Assembly (NCBI GenBank): GCA_017644045.1
Contig: JAEPMI010000002.1
Location: 259,026 to 323,025, forward strand
Reading direction: 5' to 3'
Length of the DNA: 64,000 nucleotides
Source of the DNA: Deltaproteobacteria bacterium
Lineage (GTDB): Bacteria > Myxococcota_A > Polyangia > Polyangiales > Houyiibacteriaceae
The position numbers and the translations under genes are program-made. Position 1 is the first letter of the stretch; each line of letters begins with the position of its first letter. Positions 18,694-27,842 of this stretch are shown here, in pieces. The notes beneath the pieces were generated by a model, which had not been told where the DNA came from, made no database searches, and saw only the letters and a list, made by a program, of their open reading frames with translations.

Positions 18694-19751
18694 TTCTCTC
18701 CCCCACGGTCGCCGTAGTTGGCTTCGATCCACTTCTTGTAGTCACCGCTGCGCACGTCCTGCACCCAGCCGTCGTTGTCGAGGTACCAGCGCACGGTCTT
18801 GCGCATGCCGGTCTCGAAAGTCTCCTTCGGCGTCCAGCCGAGGTCCTTCTCGATCTTCGACGCGTCGATGGCGTAGCGCATGTCGTGACCGGGGCGGTCC
18901 TTCACGAACTTCTTGAGCGCCAGGAGCGCCTCGGCGTCGCCGCCGGTCTCCTCGGCGACGAGCCGGCAGAGCGCGTCGACGACCTCGATGTTGGTCTTCT
19001 CGTTGTGCCCGCCGATGTTGTAGGTCTCGCCGACCTTCCCCTCGAGCACGACCTTCCAGATCGCCTCGCAGTGGTCGGTCACGTAGAGCCAGTCGCGCAC
19101 GTTGAGGCCCTCGCCGTAGATCGGCAGCGGCTTCTTCTCGTGGGCGTTGAGGATCATCAGCGGGATGAGCTTCTCGGGGAACTGCAGCGGACCGTAGTTG
19201 TTCGAGCAGTTCGTGATCTTCACCGGCAGCCCGTAGGTGCGGTGCCAGGCGCGGACCAGGTGGTCGCTCGCGGCCTTGCTCGCCGAGTACGGCGACGAAG
19301 GGTCGTAGGCGGTGGTCTCGTAGAAGAAGCCCTCCGCGCCGAGCGAACCGTAGACCTCGTCGGTGCTGACGTGGTGGAAGAGCTTGCCCTCGGTGTTCTC
19401 GCCCCAGAGCCCGCGGCACGCCTCGAGGAGGTTGAAGGTGCCCTCGAAATTCGTCCGCAGAAACTGCTTCGGCCCGAGGATGCTCCGGTCGACGTGGCTC
19501 TCCGCGGCGAAGTGCACGACCATGTCCGGCTCGTGCTTCGCGAAGGCGGCGGTGACCGCGTCGGCGTCGGTGATGTCGACCCGCTCGAAGGCGTAGTTGG
19601 GGGCGTCCTCGATGGGCGCCAGCGACTTCGGATTGGCCGCGTAGGTCAACGCGTCGATGTTCACGAAGCGATGCTCCGCGTGCCGAGGGACGAGCAGCCG
19701 GAGGAAGTTCGCGCCGATGAAACCCGCGCCGCCCGTGACGAGTACGTTCAT
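18690..19751 (-). CDS. rmlB: dTDP-glucose 4,6-dehydratase
   Basis: [16 protein letters not shown]...[15 protein letters not shown], a typical SDR dehydratase. Confidence 0.95.
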   Translation of the reverse strand: MNVLVTGGAGFIGANFLRLLVPRHAEHRFVNIDALTYAANPKSLAPIEDAPNYAFERVDITDADAVTAAFAKHEPDMVVHFAAESHVDRSILGPKQFLRTNFEGTFNLLEACRGLWGENTEGKLFHHVSTDEVYGSLGAEGFFYETTAYDPSSPYSASKAASDHLVRAWHRTYGLPVKITNCSNNYGPLQFPEKLIPLMILNAHEKKPLPIYGEGLNVRDWLYVTDHCEAIWKVVLEGKVGETYNIGGHNEKTNIEVVDALCRLVAEETGGDAEALLALKKFVKDRPGHDMRYAIDASKIEKDLGWTPKETFETGMRKTVRWYLDNDGWVQDVRSGDYKKWIEANYGDRGGEK

Positions 19752-19849
19752 GTCGGGTGTCCTTCTACACTTGGACTGGTCTCACGCAAGGCAGCAATCG
19801 TTCATTCGGGGCACGGGACCCGCACCCAAACTCTGGTAGCTTGCTCCCC

Positions 19850-21892
19850 ATGAGGCGCTCCTTGGCCCTACTCCTGCTCCTCGCCGTGGCGTGCGGCGAC
19901 GACGACGGCGACGATCCCACCGAGGACGCGGGCACGGACATGGGCGAGGTGGTGCCCCCAGACATGGGGCCCGTCGTCCTCGAGCGGCCAGAGACCCGCG
20001 AGGCATGCGCCGACCGGAACCCCCTTCGCAACCCGTACTTCGGGGACCTGCACGTCCACACCCGCTACAGCTTCGACGCCGCGAGCTACGGCGTTCGGAC
20101 GGGGCCCGACGACGCCTACCGCTTCGCCAAGGGCGAGGCCATCGGGCTGCCGCCCTACGACGGCGACGGGAACCCGACCCGCATGGTCCAGCTCGACCGC
20201 CCGCTCGATTTCGCGGCGGTCACCGACCACGCGGAGCTGATCGCGGCGACCTCGATCTGCACCGACCCGACCAGCCCGGGCTACGACTCCTCGACCTGCG
20301 TCAGCTACCGCGAGGGCGACGGCGCCCAGGCCGACTTCGGCGAGTTCATCAGCGCCATCGGCCTCTCTCGACCGCTCCCGCCGACCATGTGCCGCCGCGA
20401 CCCCGATCTCTGCGCCGGCGAGCTCGCGGACGTCTGGGCGCTGACCGTCGATGCCGCAGAGACCCATGACGACCGGACCAGCGCGTGCGAGTTCAGCACC
20501 CTCATCGGCTACGAGTGGACCGGCGGCGCCGGCGGCGGCCGCAACCTGCACCGCAACATCTTCTTCCGCAGCTCGACCTACCTCGCGCGCCCGATCAGCT
20601 TCGTGGACGCCAACACCGCGGACGCGCTCTGGGACGGGCTCGAGGCGAATTGTCTGAACAGCGGCACCGACTGCGACCTGCTGGCCATCCCGCACAACTC
20701 GAACATCTCGACCGGCGACATGTTCTCGCCGCTCACCGAGGACGGCGATCCCTACGACGCGGCGTTCGCCGCACGGCGAGCGGCCCTCGAACCGCTGGTG
20801 GAGATCTACCAGCACAAGGGCGCGAGCGAGTGCGTCAGCGGCATCGACAACCCACTCGCCAGCGAAGACGAGCTCTGCGACTTCGAGTCGGTCTTCGAGG
20901 TCTACTGCGACGAGTCCGACGTCGAAGGCTGCGTCGAGCGCTGCGAGGCCGACGGCGCGGGTGGCTTCGTCGGAGCGGGCTGTGTGGCGGCCGGCGACAT
21001 GGTCCGCGGCGCGCTGAAGGTCGGGCTGCAAGAGATGCTGCGCACCGGCGCGAACCCCTTCCAGATGGGCTTCATCGCCAGCACCGACACCCACAACACG
21101 ACCGCGGGCGAGGTGCGCGAGGACGGTTGGCCCGGTCACACCGGTGACTCGGACGACGAAGCCGAAGAGGCCCTCGAGCCGCCGGTCGGCATCACGATCA
21201 GCGTGCGGACCTCGTCGCCCGGTGGGCTCGCGGTGGTCTGGGCCGAGGAGAACTCCCGGCCGGCGATCTTCGACGCCATGCGCCGCCGCGAGACCTATGG
21301 CACCAGCGGCACGCGCATCATCGCGCGCTTCTTCGGCGGCTGGGACTACGCCGCGGACCTCTGCGACGAAGCCGACGCGATCGAGACCGCCGATGGCAGC
21401 GGCGTCCCGATGGGCGGCGACATCGGCGCGCCCCCGACGGCGGGCGCGGCGCCGACCTTCCTCGTGAGCGCGCTGGCGGACGCCATGAGCGTGCCGCTTC
21501 AGCGCATCCAGATCATCAAGGGCTGGGTCGACCCGGTCACCGGCGAGCCCGGCGAGATGGTCTACGAGGTCGCCGGCGACCCCGAGAACGGCGCCGACGT
21601 CGACACGGCCACCTGCGAACCGACGGCGGGCAGCGACGCGGCGGGCTTCGGCTCGCTCTGCAACACCTGGACGGATCCCGACTTCGACCCGACCCACCCG
21701 GCCTTCTACTACGCACGCGTCGTGGAGAACCCCACCTGCCGCTGGAGCCAGCGGATGTGCGTCGACCTGGCGGTCGATTGTGGGACGATCGACCCGACCA
21801 CGAACATCGCAGCGGCGTGCTGCGACGGCGCGGTCCCGGCGAAGATCCAGGAGCGCGCCTGGACCAGTCCCATCTGGTACGTGCCGGAGTAG
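19850..21892 (+). CDS. DUF3604-like (PHP-type metal-dependent) lipoprotein
   Basis: ATG at 19850. Lipobox LAVAC. NPYFGDLHVHTRYSFDA signature. Confidence 0.75.
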   Translation: MRRSLALLLLLAVACGDDDGDDPTEDAGTDMGEVVPPDMGPVVLERPETREACADRNPLRNPYFGDLHVHTRYSFDAASYGVRTGPDDAYRFAKGEAIGLPPYDGDGNPTRMVQLDRPLDFAAVTDHAELIAATSICTDPTSPGYDSSTCVSYREGDGAQADFGEFISAIGLSRPLPPTMCRRDPDLCAGELADVWALTVDAAETHDDRTSACEFSTLIGYEWTGGAGGGRNLHRNIFFRSSTYLARPISFVDANTADALWDGLEANCLNSGTDCDLLAIPHNSNISTGDMFSPLTEDGDPYDAAFAARRAALEPLVEIYQHKGASECVSGIDNPLASEDELCDFESVFEVYCDESDVEGCVERCEADGAGGFVGAGCVAAGDMVRGALKVGLQEMLRTGANPFQMGFIASTDTHNTTAGEVREDGWPGHTGDSDDEAEEALEPPVGITISVRTSSPGGLAVVWAEENSRPAIFDAMRRRETYGTSGTRIIARFFGGWDYAADLCDEADAIETADGSGVPMGGDIGAPPTAGAAPTFLVSALADAMSVPLQRIQIIKGWVDPVTGEPGEMVYEVAGDPENGADVDTATCEPTAGSDAAGFGSLCNTWTDPDFDPTHPAFYYARVVENPTCRWSQRMCVDLAVDCGTIDPTTNIAAACCDGAVPAKIQERAWTSPIWYVPE

Positions 21893-21913
21893 GGAAGCCC
21901 GATCGGCGCCCGT

Positions 21914-22351
21914 TCAGGCGACGCGCTGCGAGTCGGACCCGGTGTCGAGGGCTTGGAGTGCCCCCTCGATGTCGAACGCCAGCCGCGCGTGCAGCCAGCG
22001 AAGCGCACGCTCCGGCTCACGGCTCACCTGCACCGGAAACGGTCGGGGCGAGAGGGCGAGGAAGGCTCGCGTGATGCCGCTGCCGAACGCGCCGTTCACC
22101 AGGAAGACCTGCGCCCGCATCCGATGGAAGTGGGGCTCGACGTCTCGGACCAGCCGAGCGGAGAGCTGGCGGCGTGACCGACTGAACGAGTGCAGGCCGA
22201 TGGACCTCGCGTCGACCAGCCCGACCAATGGCCCGGTCGTCTCCTCCAGCCTCGCTCGGAGCGTCGCATAGTGAGCGCGGAGCGCCCCTTCGCTGGCCTT
22301 CCCCTCGAGGACTGCCATCAGGAGCGGCCAATGGTGGGCGTCGACGCGCAC
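21914..22351 (-). CDS. hypothetical protein, STAS/SpoIIAA-like fold suspected
   Basis: High-GC3 frame. Pattern VRVDAHHWPLLMAVLEGKAS...VGLVDAR...QVFLVNGAFGSGITRAF...ALRWL. Start is uncertain (GTG 22351 chosen). Confidence 0.5.
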   Translation of the reverse strand: MRVDAHHWPLLMAVLEGKASEGALRAHYATLRARLEETTGPLVGLVDARSIGLHSFSRSRRQLSARLVRDVEPHFHRMRAQVFLVNGAFGSGITRAFLALSPRPFPVQVSREPERALRWLHARLAFDIEGALQALDTGSDSQRVA

Positions 22352-22644
22352 GGCTTCGGCCAACGTATCACGGGAGAATGGTCCCGAGCCCCTGGGGCAC
22401 CAGCTGCCCGCGCCTGCGCGACGTAACGCAGCAGTCGCTGCTCGCGCCTGGATGCGGGCCTCTCGGACGAAGCGCCCACGCCGCACCTCGTCCGTGGTCT
22501 TCTTTCGTCGAAGCACCTCGAGCGCGACGTCGCGCCCGACCCGCTCGTCGTGGCACGGGCGATGACGCCCATGCCCCCTTCGCCGAGCTCGTCCCGTAGC
22601 TGGTAGCGCCCTTCGAGCTCGGGCGTGATGGATGTGGCCCCCAT
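22352..22644 (-). pseudogene. relic of a Hanks-type Ser/Thr kinase N-lobe (frameshifted, truncated)
   Basis: From ATG 22644: MGATSITPELEGRYQLRDELGEGGMGVIARA. After an apparent 1-nt loss near 22552 the next frame reads HDERVGRDVALEVLRRKKTTDEVRRGRFVREARI. The catalytic Lys is replaced (VALE instead of VAxK). No HRD or DFG follows. Confidence 0.65.
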
Positions 22645-22699
22645 GGCGGGGAAGCTACCGCAGGTGACGCGCCCCGAGTCGATCGCTATGCTCCGCACC

Positions 22700-22924
22700 A
22701 TGAAGCCCGCGAAGCTCTTCCACGCCATCGTCGTCGCCGGAGCCGCGCTCACCGCCTGCGGTGACGACGACCGCACCACCGGGGACGACCTGGTCGCCGA
22801 CGGGGGACGCTTCGACGCCGGCGGAGCCATGGATGCCGGCTCGGACGACGCCGGCGCGGCCGTCGACGCAGGCATGAGTGACGACGCGGGAAGCGAAGAG
22901 GACGCCTTCGTCGCGATCCTCTGA
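22700..22924 (+). CDS. small Asp/Gly/Ala-rich lipoprotein (74 aa)
   Basis: MKPAKLFHAIVVAGAALTAC lipobox (alternative ATG at 22688). High GC3. Stop lies 1 nt before the next gene's start. Confidence 0.65.
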   Translation: MKPAKLFHAIVVAGAALTACGDDDRTTGDDLVADGGRFDAGGAMDAGSDDAGAAVDAGMSDDAGSEEDAFVAIL

Positions 22925-22925
22925 G

Positions 22926-23621
22926 GTGGCCGTGGCCGACCTGCCCGACCACGACCCGGCCATCGACGCGCTCGACGACGAGACCCGCCGCCGGCTCGGC
23001 GAGCTCTGGCGAGAGCGTGCCGTGACCGAGATGGGCGCCGGCTGGGCCTTCGCGCAAGTCGTCACCGAGCTCTACGCGCTCGGGGCGGACGGCGAGGTAC
23101 TGGCGCTCGCGACCCGAGGCGCCCACGACGAGGTTCGGCACGCACGGCTCTGTGCCCACCTCGCTTCCGTCTACCTGGGGGAGCCGGTCGAAGCGCGGCC
23201 GCCCAAGTCCATCGCGATGCCCGCGCACGAAGGCGCGAACGAGCGCACCCGGATGCAGCTGCACGTGGTCGGCCTCGCGGTCAGCGAGACGCTGGCCGCG
23301 GGATTCCTCCAGGCGTGTCTGGCCGTGTGCGAGGCGGAGCTCCCGACGCGGATCGCCCGCTCGCACCTGGAGGACGACATCGCTCACGCCCGGGTCGGCT
23401 GGGCACACATGGCGTCGAAGGCGTTCGCGCCCGATCGGGCGGCGGTGAAGCCCTGGGTGCCGAAGCTGATCGAAGCCAACCTCCGCCACTGGCGCTCTCG
23501 GATCGCCGAGCTCCCCGTGGTTCCGGCCCACGGCTACCCGGAGCACGACGCGCTCACGAGCGCGCTCGAAGAGACCGCGCGCGACGTACTGGTCCCGGGC
23601 TTCCGCCACGTCGGTCTCTGA
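22926..23621 (+). CDS. ferritin-like di-iron carboxylate family protein
   Basis: GTG start. Ligand pattern E...ExxH...E...ExxH (TEMG, DEVRHA, SETL, EDDIAHA) on predicted helices. Confidence 0.6.
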   Translation: MAVADLPDHDPAIDALDDETRRRLGELWRERAVTEMGAGWAFAQVVTELYALGADGEVLALATRGAHDEVRHARLCAHLASVYLGEPVEARPPKSIAMPAHEGANERTRMQLHVVGLAVSETLAAGFLQACLAVCEAELPTRIARSHLEDDIAHARVGWAHMASKAFAPDRAAVKPWVPKLIEANLRHWRSRIAELPVVPAHGYPEHDALTSALEETARDVLVPGFRHVGL

Positions 23622-23637
23622 CTGCTACGCTCTCTGC

Positions 23638-24027
23638 GTGCTCGGCCGAAGCCCCTATGGACGTGACGACCACCCCGCGGGTCCCCCGCTGCCGGAGGCC
23701 GAGGAGCGGGTGGAGACCTCGTTCGTCCGCGGCACCGGGCCCTACGCGCGGAAGATGTGGCGATCGCTCGGTTCGCTCTCGACGCTGATGATGCTGACGA
23801 TCACCGCGGCGGCCGGGTTCGGCTCGGAGACCGCCGGCGTCGTCTTCGCGCACTTCACGGCGGGTGTGGTCGGCTTCTTCGTCGGCGGCTACTTCGGCGT
23901 GATTCGAGCCCAGCGGGCCGGTCCTCGCGTGGGCCGCCCGCTGCCGATCGTCGGCGCGGTGCTCGGTGCGGCCATCTCCCTGGCGATGGCCGCCACGTTC
24001 TTCGTGGTGATCTGGCCCTCGCTCTGA
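23638..24027 (+). CDS. small integral membrane protein
   Basis: High GC3. Three hydrophobic segments (LMMLTITAAAGF, VVGFFVGGYFGVI, IVGAVLGAAISLAMAATFFVVIW). Start is uncertain (GTG 23638 or ATG 23755). Confidence 0.6.
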   Translation: MLGRSPYGRDDHPAGPPLPEAEERVETSFVRGTGPYARKMWRSLGSLSTLMMLTITAAAGFGSETAGVVFAHFTAGVVGFFVGGYFGVIRAQRAGPRVGRPLPIVGAVLGAAISLAMAATFFVVIWPSL

Positions 24028-24123
24028 CCGACGGCACCAGCAACGAAGCTCGCTGCCGTCGACCTCAGCAGAGATCAGCACGACTTCGTGGGCTCGCCGG
24101 CACCCTTCGCTAGGGTCCGGACG

Positions 24124-25800
24124 ATGATGGCGCATTGGATTGGCAGACTGTGTTGCGCGGTCCTCGCCGGTGGTCTGCTCGCATGTGAGAGCTCGCCCAC
24201 GACGGACGACGGCGACAGCGGGATTTCGGCGGACGCCGCGGCGCCCGAGGACGGGGCGACGCCCGGCGACCAGGGGCTGCCCCCCGGCCCCGGGGAGTGG
24301 CAGCTCCCGGAGGGGTACTTCGAGCCAGCGCGGATGCCCATGACCCTCGTCCATCCGCGCGATGACGACGCGCCCACCTGGGCCTACTCGAAGAACGCCC
24401 ACCCCGGCATCCGCTGGGAGATCCCCATCGTGGTCCAGGGCGGTGCATGGCCCTTCCGCTACGAGATCGTAGACGATGGCGGCGCGAGTGGGCTCGCCAT
24501 CGGCGCCGAGCTCCATCGCAGCGAGGTCGATGGCTTCATCGTGCACGAGGTGACCGAGGCATACGGTCTGCTCTGGTGGGACGCGCCGGTCGCGGGCGAC
24601 TACGCGATCGAGCTACGGGTGACCGACCAGGAGGGGTCCGAGGTTGTGGTCCCGGTCTCGCTTCGCGTCGGGACCGAAGGCTGGGTCTTCGTCGACGCCG
24701 AGGGTGGCGACGACGGCAACGACGGAAGCCGCGACGCGCCCTTCGCGACCCTCGGCGCGCTCTACGGGCCCGACGGTGCGGAGAGTCCCTACACTCAGCA
24801 CCGGGTCTACCTCTCGGGGGTCGTGCCGATGGAAGGCAACCGCCCGAACGGCAACCTCCGCATCGCCGCCAACCCGGCGCCGGACCCGAACCTCTCGCCG
24901 CGCATCTTCGTCGGGATGCCGGGCGCCGGCGCCGTCCTCGAGGCGTACGAGGGCCGCATCGTGCTCGACGCGCCCGGCTTCTACCTGGCGAACCTCGAGC
25001 ACCGGCACCGCGAGGACTACGCGCCCTCCGGCACCTACATCCACATGGTCACCGCCTACCAGCGGACCGAGCGCTTCACGCTGCACGACGTGACCTTCAG
25101 CCGCTTCCAGGGGGATCCGGAGAACGTCGACCTCGGCAACTCCTCGATCGTCATGTTCACCCGAGGCGCCGAGCGCCCCTTCGTCGCCGTCGTCGGCTGC
25201 ACCCTCACGGGGCCGAGCGGCATCTTCACCAGCACCTACTCGCTGCGGCACGCGGTCTTCGAGAAGAACCGGGTGGTCGACGCGGCCCTCGACCTGGCCG
25301 ATGGCTCGGTCTGGGCGCTGATCTATCTCAAGGGCGACAACGAATGGGTCAGCGTGCGCGCCAACGAGCTCTGGGAGGGCAACACCTGGAACGGGCCGGC
25401 CTCGGCGCTCGGGCTGCTCGAGGTGAGGAACGTGGAGCTGGCGCACAACGTGATCGACACCCCCTTCGACTCGGGGCGCCGCGGCGCGATGAAGCTCTGG
25501 ACCAACAGCCCGCAGGCCGGCTTCGAGTGGACCGCCGACACGCCCGTGTGGATCCACCGCAACACGCTTCGCCGGCGCATGCACTGGGGCGGCGGCTCGC
25601 TCGCCAACATGCCGGACGGCACCGTGCGCATCTCGCGGAACGTGAGCGAGCCGGGGTCGATCCCGGAGCACTCGCGGATCGTCAGCGAGGACAACCTCAC
25701 CGGCGAGGGGCTGCTCGACGCGAGCCTCGCGCTCACCGGCGACGCCCGCAGCGAGAACCTCGGGCGCCGAGGCGCGCAGATCGCCGTACCGGTGGACTGA
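24124..25800 (+). CDS. lipoprotein with Ig-like domain and right-handed beta-helix (pectate-lyase-fold) region
   Basis: Lipobox GGLLAC. WPFRYEIVDDG...DYAIELRVTD (Ig-like). Repeated short strands with Asn/Gly ladders in the C-terminal half. Confidence 0.65.
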   Translation: MMAHWIGRLCCAVLAGGLLACESSPTTDDGDSGISADAAAPEDGATPGDQGLPPGPGEWQLPEGYFEPARMPMTLVHPRDDDAPTWAYSKNAHPGIRWEIPIVVQGGAWPFRYEIVDDGGASGLAIGAELHRSEVDGFIVHEVTEAYGLLWWDAPVAGDYAIELRVTDQEGSEVVVPVSLRVGTEGWVFVDAEGGDDGNDGSRDAPFATLGALYGPDGAESPYTQHRVYLSGVVPMEGNRPNGNLRIAANPAPDPNLSPRIFVGMPGAGAVLEAYEGRIVLDAPGFYLANLEHRHREDYAPSGTYIHMVTAYQRTERFTLHDVTFSRFQGDPENVDLGNSSIVMFTRGAERPFVAVVGCTLTGPSGIFTSTYSLRHAVFEKNRVVDAALDLADGSVWALIYLKGDNEWVSVRANELWEGNTWNGPASALGLLEVRNVELAHNVIDTPFDSGRRGAMKLWTNSPQAGFEWTADTPVWIHRNTLRRRMHWGGGSLANMPDGTVRISRNVSEPGSIPEHSRIVSEDNLTGEGLLDASLALTGDARSENLGRRGAQIAVPVD

Positions 25801-25952
25801 ACGCGACCTGCTCGAAGACCGGGGGCACCGAGCTCGCCGCGTCTCTGTCATCGAACCCGGACAAACCGTGGCGACCGGATGTGTGACGAGAAAACGAGAG
25901 AGTTCGAGACAGGCGGAAAGCTCAACGCTCTCGCGCTCTTCGGCCACTCGGG

Positions 25953-26747
25953 TCAGGGGATGCCGAGCTGCGCGAGGGCCCGCTTCGCGGTCTCGTTTCC
26001 ACACGCCGCGAGATCGACGAGACTCGCTCGCTCGCGACGGAGGACGTCGCGCACATCGGCGGCTCGCGCTTCGCCTAGTGCGTCGCGTGCTTCGAAACCG
26101 TCTGGAAAGAGCAGCGCCCGCACAGCTGGCGTCATCGCTTCGACCTCGGCGCGAACCGCTGCGCGCTCTGCTTCCGTTGGCTCGTGGAGGGCCGCGTCTA
26201 CGGCGACGGCGAACCACGGCTCCAGCACCGAATGGCAGGCCAGCTCAGGCTCGCATAGAAGCCGCAGCACGAACGGGAGGGCGACCGAGGTCGCGGGGTA
26301 GAGCGTCGTCTGGTGGGCGATCCATTCGCCGACGAGCTCCGCGCTGTCCTTGGCCAGCGCTTCATCTTCGGAAGCGCATCGGCGAAGCGCGGCGCCCAGC
26401 TCGCTCGCCGGACCGAACGCGCCTTCGATCTCCCACCACCGAACCTCCTCGAGTCCCTCCAGCCGCAGCTTGCGGCCCGGCTCATCGCTGGCGGGGACAT
26501 CCTCCACGGGGATGAGCTCCGCGGAGCGCCTCGTCTCGACCGCGGGAAGGTCATCGATGTCCACGCTCCCGGCGGTGAAGAGTTCGAAGCGGGAGTAGCC
26601 GAGAAACTCGCGTCCGAAACGGCGCTCGATGCCTTCTCGCTTCGAACGCGAGAGCGCTTCGGCTCGGTCGGCGGTCTCGACCGCCCACGGCTCGTGTACG
26701 AAGCTCTGATCGCCGGCCCGGAACACCAGAGTGACGTCGAATCGCAC
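25953..26747 (-). CDS. hypothetical protein
   Basis: 264-aa ORF with GTG start and high GC3. No domain recognised. Confidence 0.6.
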   Translation of the reverse strand: MRFDVTLVFRAGDQSFVHEPWAVETADRAEALSRSKREGIERRFGREFLGYSRFELFTAGSVDIDDLPAVETRRSAELIPVEDVPASDEPGRKLRLEGLEEVRWWEIEGAFGPASELGAALRRCASEDEALAKDSAELVGEWIAHQTTLYPATSVALPFVLRLLCEPELACHSVLEPWFAVAVDAALHEPTEAERAAVRAEVEAMTPAVRALLFPDGFEARDALGEARAADVRDVLRRERASLVDLAACGNETAKRALAQLGIP

Positions 26748-26801
26748 GCGCGGAGCCTGTCGTCGCCGAGGACGCGATGCAAGGACACGGGTCTGCGAGC
26801 G

Positions 26802-26954
26802 CTACGGCGCTGGGATGCCGTTGGCGGTGATGGACTCCACCACCTGCTTCACCTTCTCCACGTTCCCGGCCACACGACCGAAGTAGAGGGTGGCCAACAT
26901 GCCCAACGTGCCGGCCGCGTAGCCGGCGACCAAACCGATGACGAGATCGCTCAC
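26802..26954 (-). CDS. small single-TM protein (50 aa), unannotated-size ORF
   Basis: GTG at 26954. VSDLVIGLVAGYAAGTLGMLATLYFGRVAGNVEKVKQVVESITANGIPAP. About 45 of 50 codons end in G/C. Only the tail of a 412-aa ORF-track entry is credible. Confidence 0.5.
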   Translation of the reverse strand: MSDLVIGLVAGYAAGTLGMLATLYFGRVAGNVEKVKQVVESITANGIPAP

Positions 26955-26988
26955 ACACCCATCTTCGGGGAGTCGAGCGATCGGGTCC

Positions 26989-27011
26989 AAAAAAGCGGCG
27001 CTCAGTGCCGC
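26989..27011 (-). terminator. weak hairpin + T6 run overlapping the wecG-like stop
   Basis: Minus strand reads GCGGC-ACTGAGC-GCCGC-TTTTTT. A T6 run is rare in this GC context, but the stem is only 5 bp. Confidence 0.3.
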
Positions 27012-27766
27012 AGACGCTTGGCTACCGAGCTGCCGAAGAGGACCGCCGCGAAGGGCAGGTCCTCGATCAGGTAGCGACGGACGAGGCGCCCGGGCTCCTG
27101 CACCATCCGGTGCACCCACTCGACGCCCGCCTTCTGCATCCACTCCGGCGCGCGCGAGACCTCGCCGGCGACGAAGCTGAACGTGATGCCCACGCCCATG
27201 AGCCACGCGTTCGGGAAGCGCTGCTTGAGCTTCTGGATGAGGTGCTCCTGCTTGGGCGACCCCAGGCCGACCAGGATGATGTCCGGGTCGCCCTCGATGC
27301 TCTCGGCGATCGCTTCGGCCTCGCACCAGGGAGTCGGCGCGGAGACCATCGGCGACGAGGTCCCCGTGATCCGGAGCCCGGGGAAGCGCTCTTCGAGAAC
27401 CGCCCGACATCCCTCCGCGGCGCCAGGCGCGCCCCCCAACAAGTACATCGAACGGCCTTCGCGCGCGGCCCGCTCGGCGAGGGCGACGCTGAGAGTCGAG
27501 CCCGCCACCCGCTCCGGAAGGGGTGAACCTGCGATCTGAGATGCCCAGACCAGCGGCATTCCGTCCGCGACGCGTAGGTCCGCGGCGTCGTAGAGGGCCC
27601 GCGCATCGGAATCGAGCGCGTATCGCCTCAGGATGTCGAGGTTGGCGGTGACGATCCACCCACCACGGCCCGCGGCGAGCTCCGCGAAGACGTGGTCCAG
27701 CAGTCCGTGGGAGTCGACGTCGGCGACCCGCATGCCGAGGAGGTTCACCTGCCGAAAGGGAGCCAT
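27002..27766 (-). CDS. WecB/TagA/CpsF-family (GT26) glycosyltransferase
   Basis: ATG at 27766. VTANLDILR...ADGMPLVWAS...YLLGGAPG...ILVGLGSPKQE pattern. Confidence 0.85.
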   Translation of the reverse strand: MAPFRQVNLLGMRVADVDSHGLLDHVFAELAAGRGGWIVTANLDILRRYALDSDARALYDAADLRVADGMPLVWASQIAGSPLPERVAGSTLSVALAERAAREGRSMYLLGGAPGAAEGCRAVLEERFPGLRITGTSSPMVSAPTPWCEAEAIAESIEGDPDIILVGLGSPKQEHLIQKLKQRFPNAWLMGVGITFSFVAGEVSRAPEWMQKAGVEWVHRMVQEPGRLVRRYLIEDLPFAAVLFGSSVAKRLRH

Positions 27767-27842
27767 GGCGCTCGCTACTCCGCACCGGACCGCCTGGCAA
27801 GGGGCCGAACCTCGCTGGTGGTGAGTCCGCGGCGCTCGTGTC

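Noticed and set aside
19868-21697. 609-aa minus-strand ORF
   Set aside because: Antisense to the DUF3604-like gene with its HVHT..SFDA signature. Arg/Ala/Gly-rich junk.
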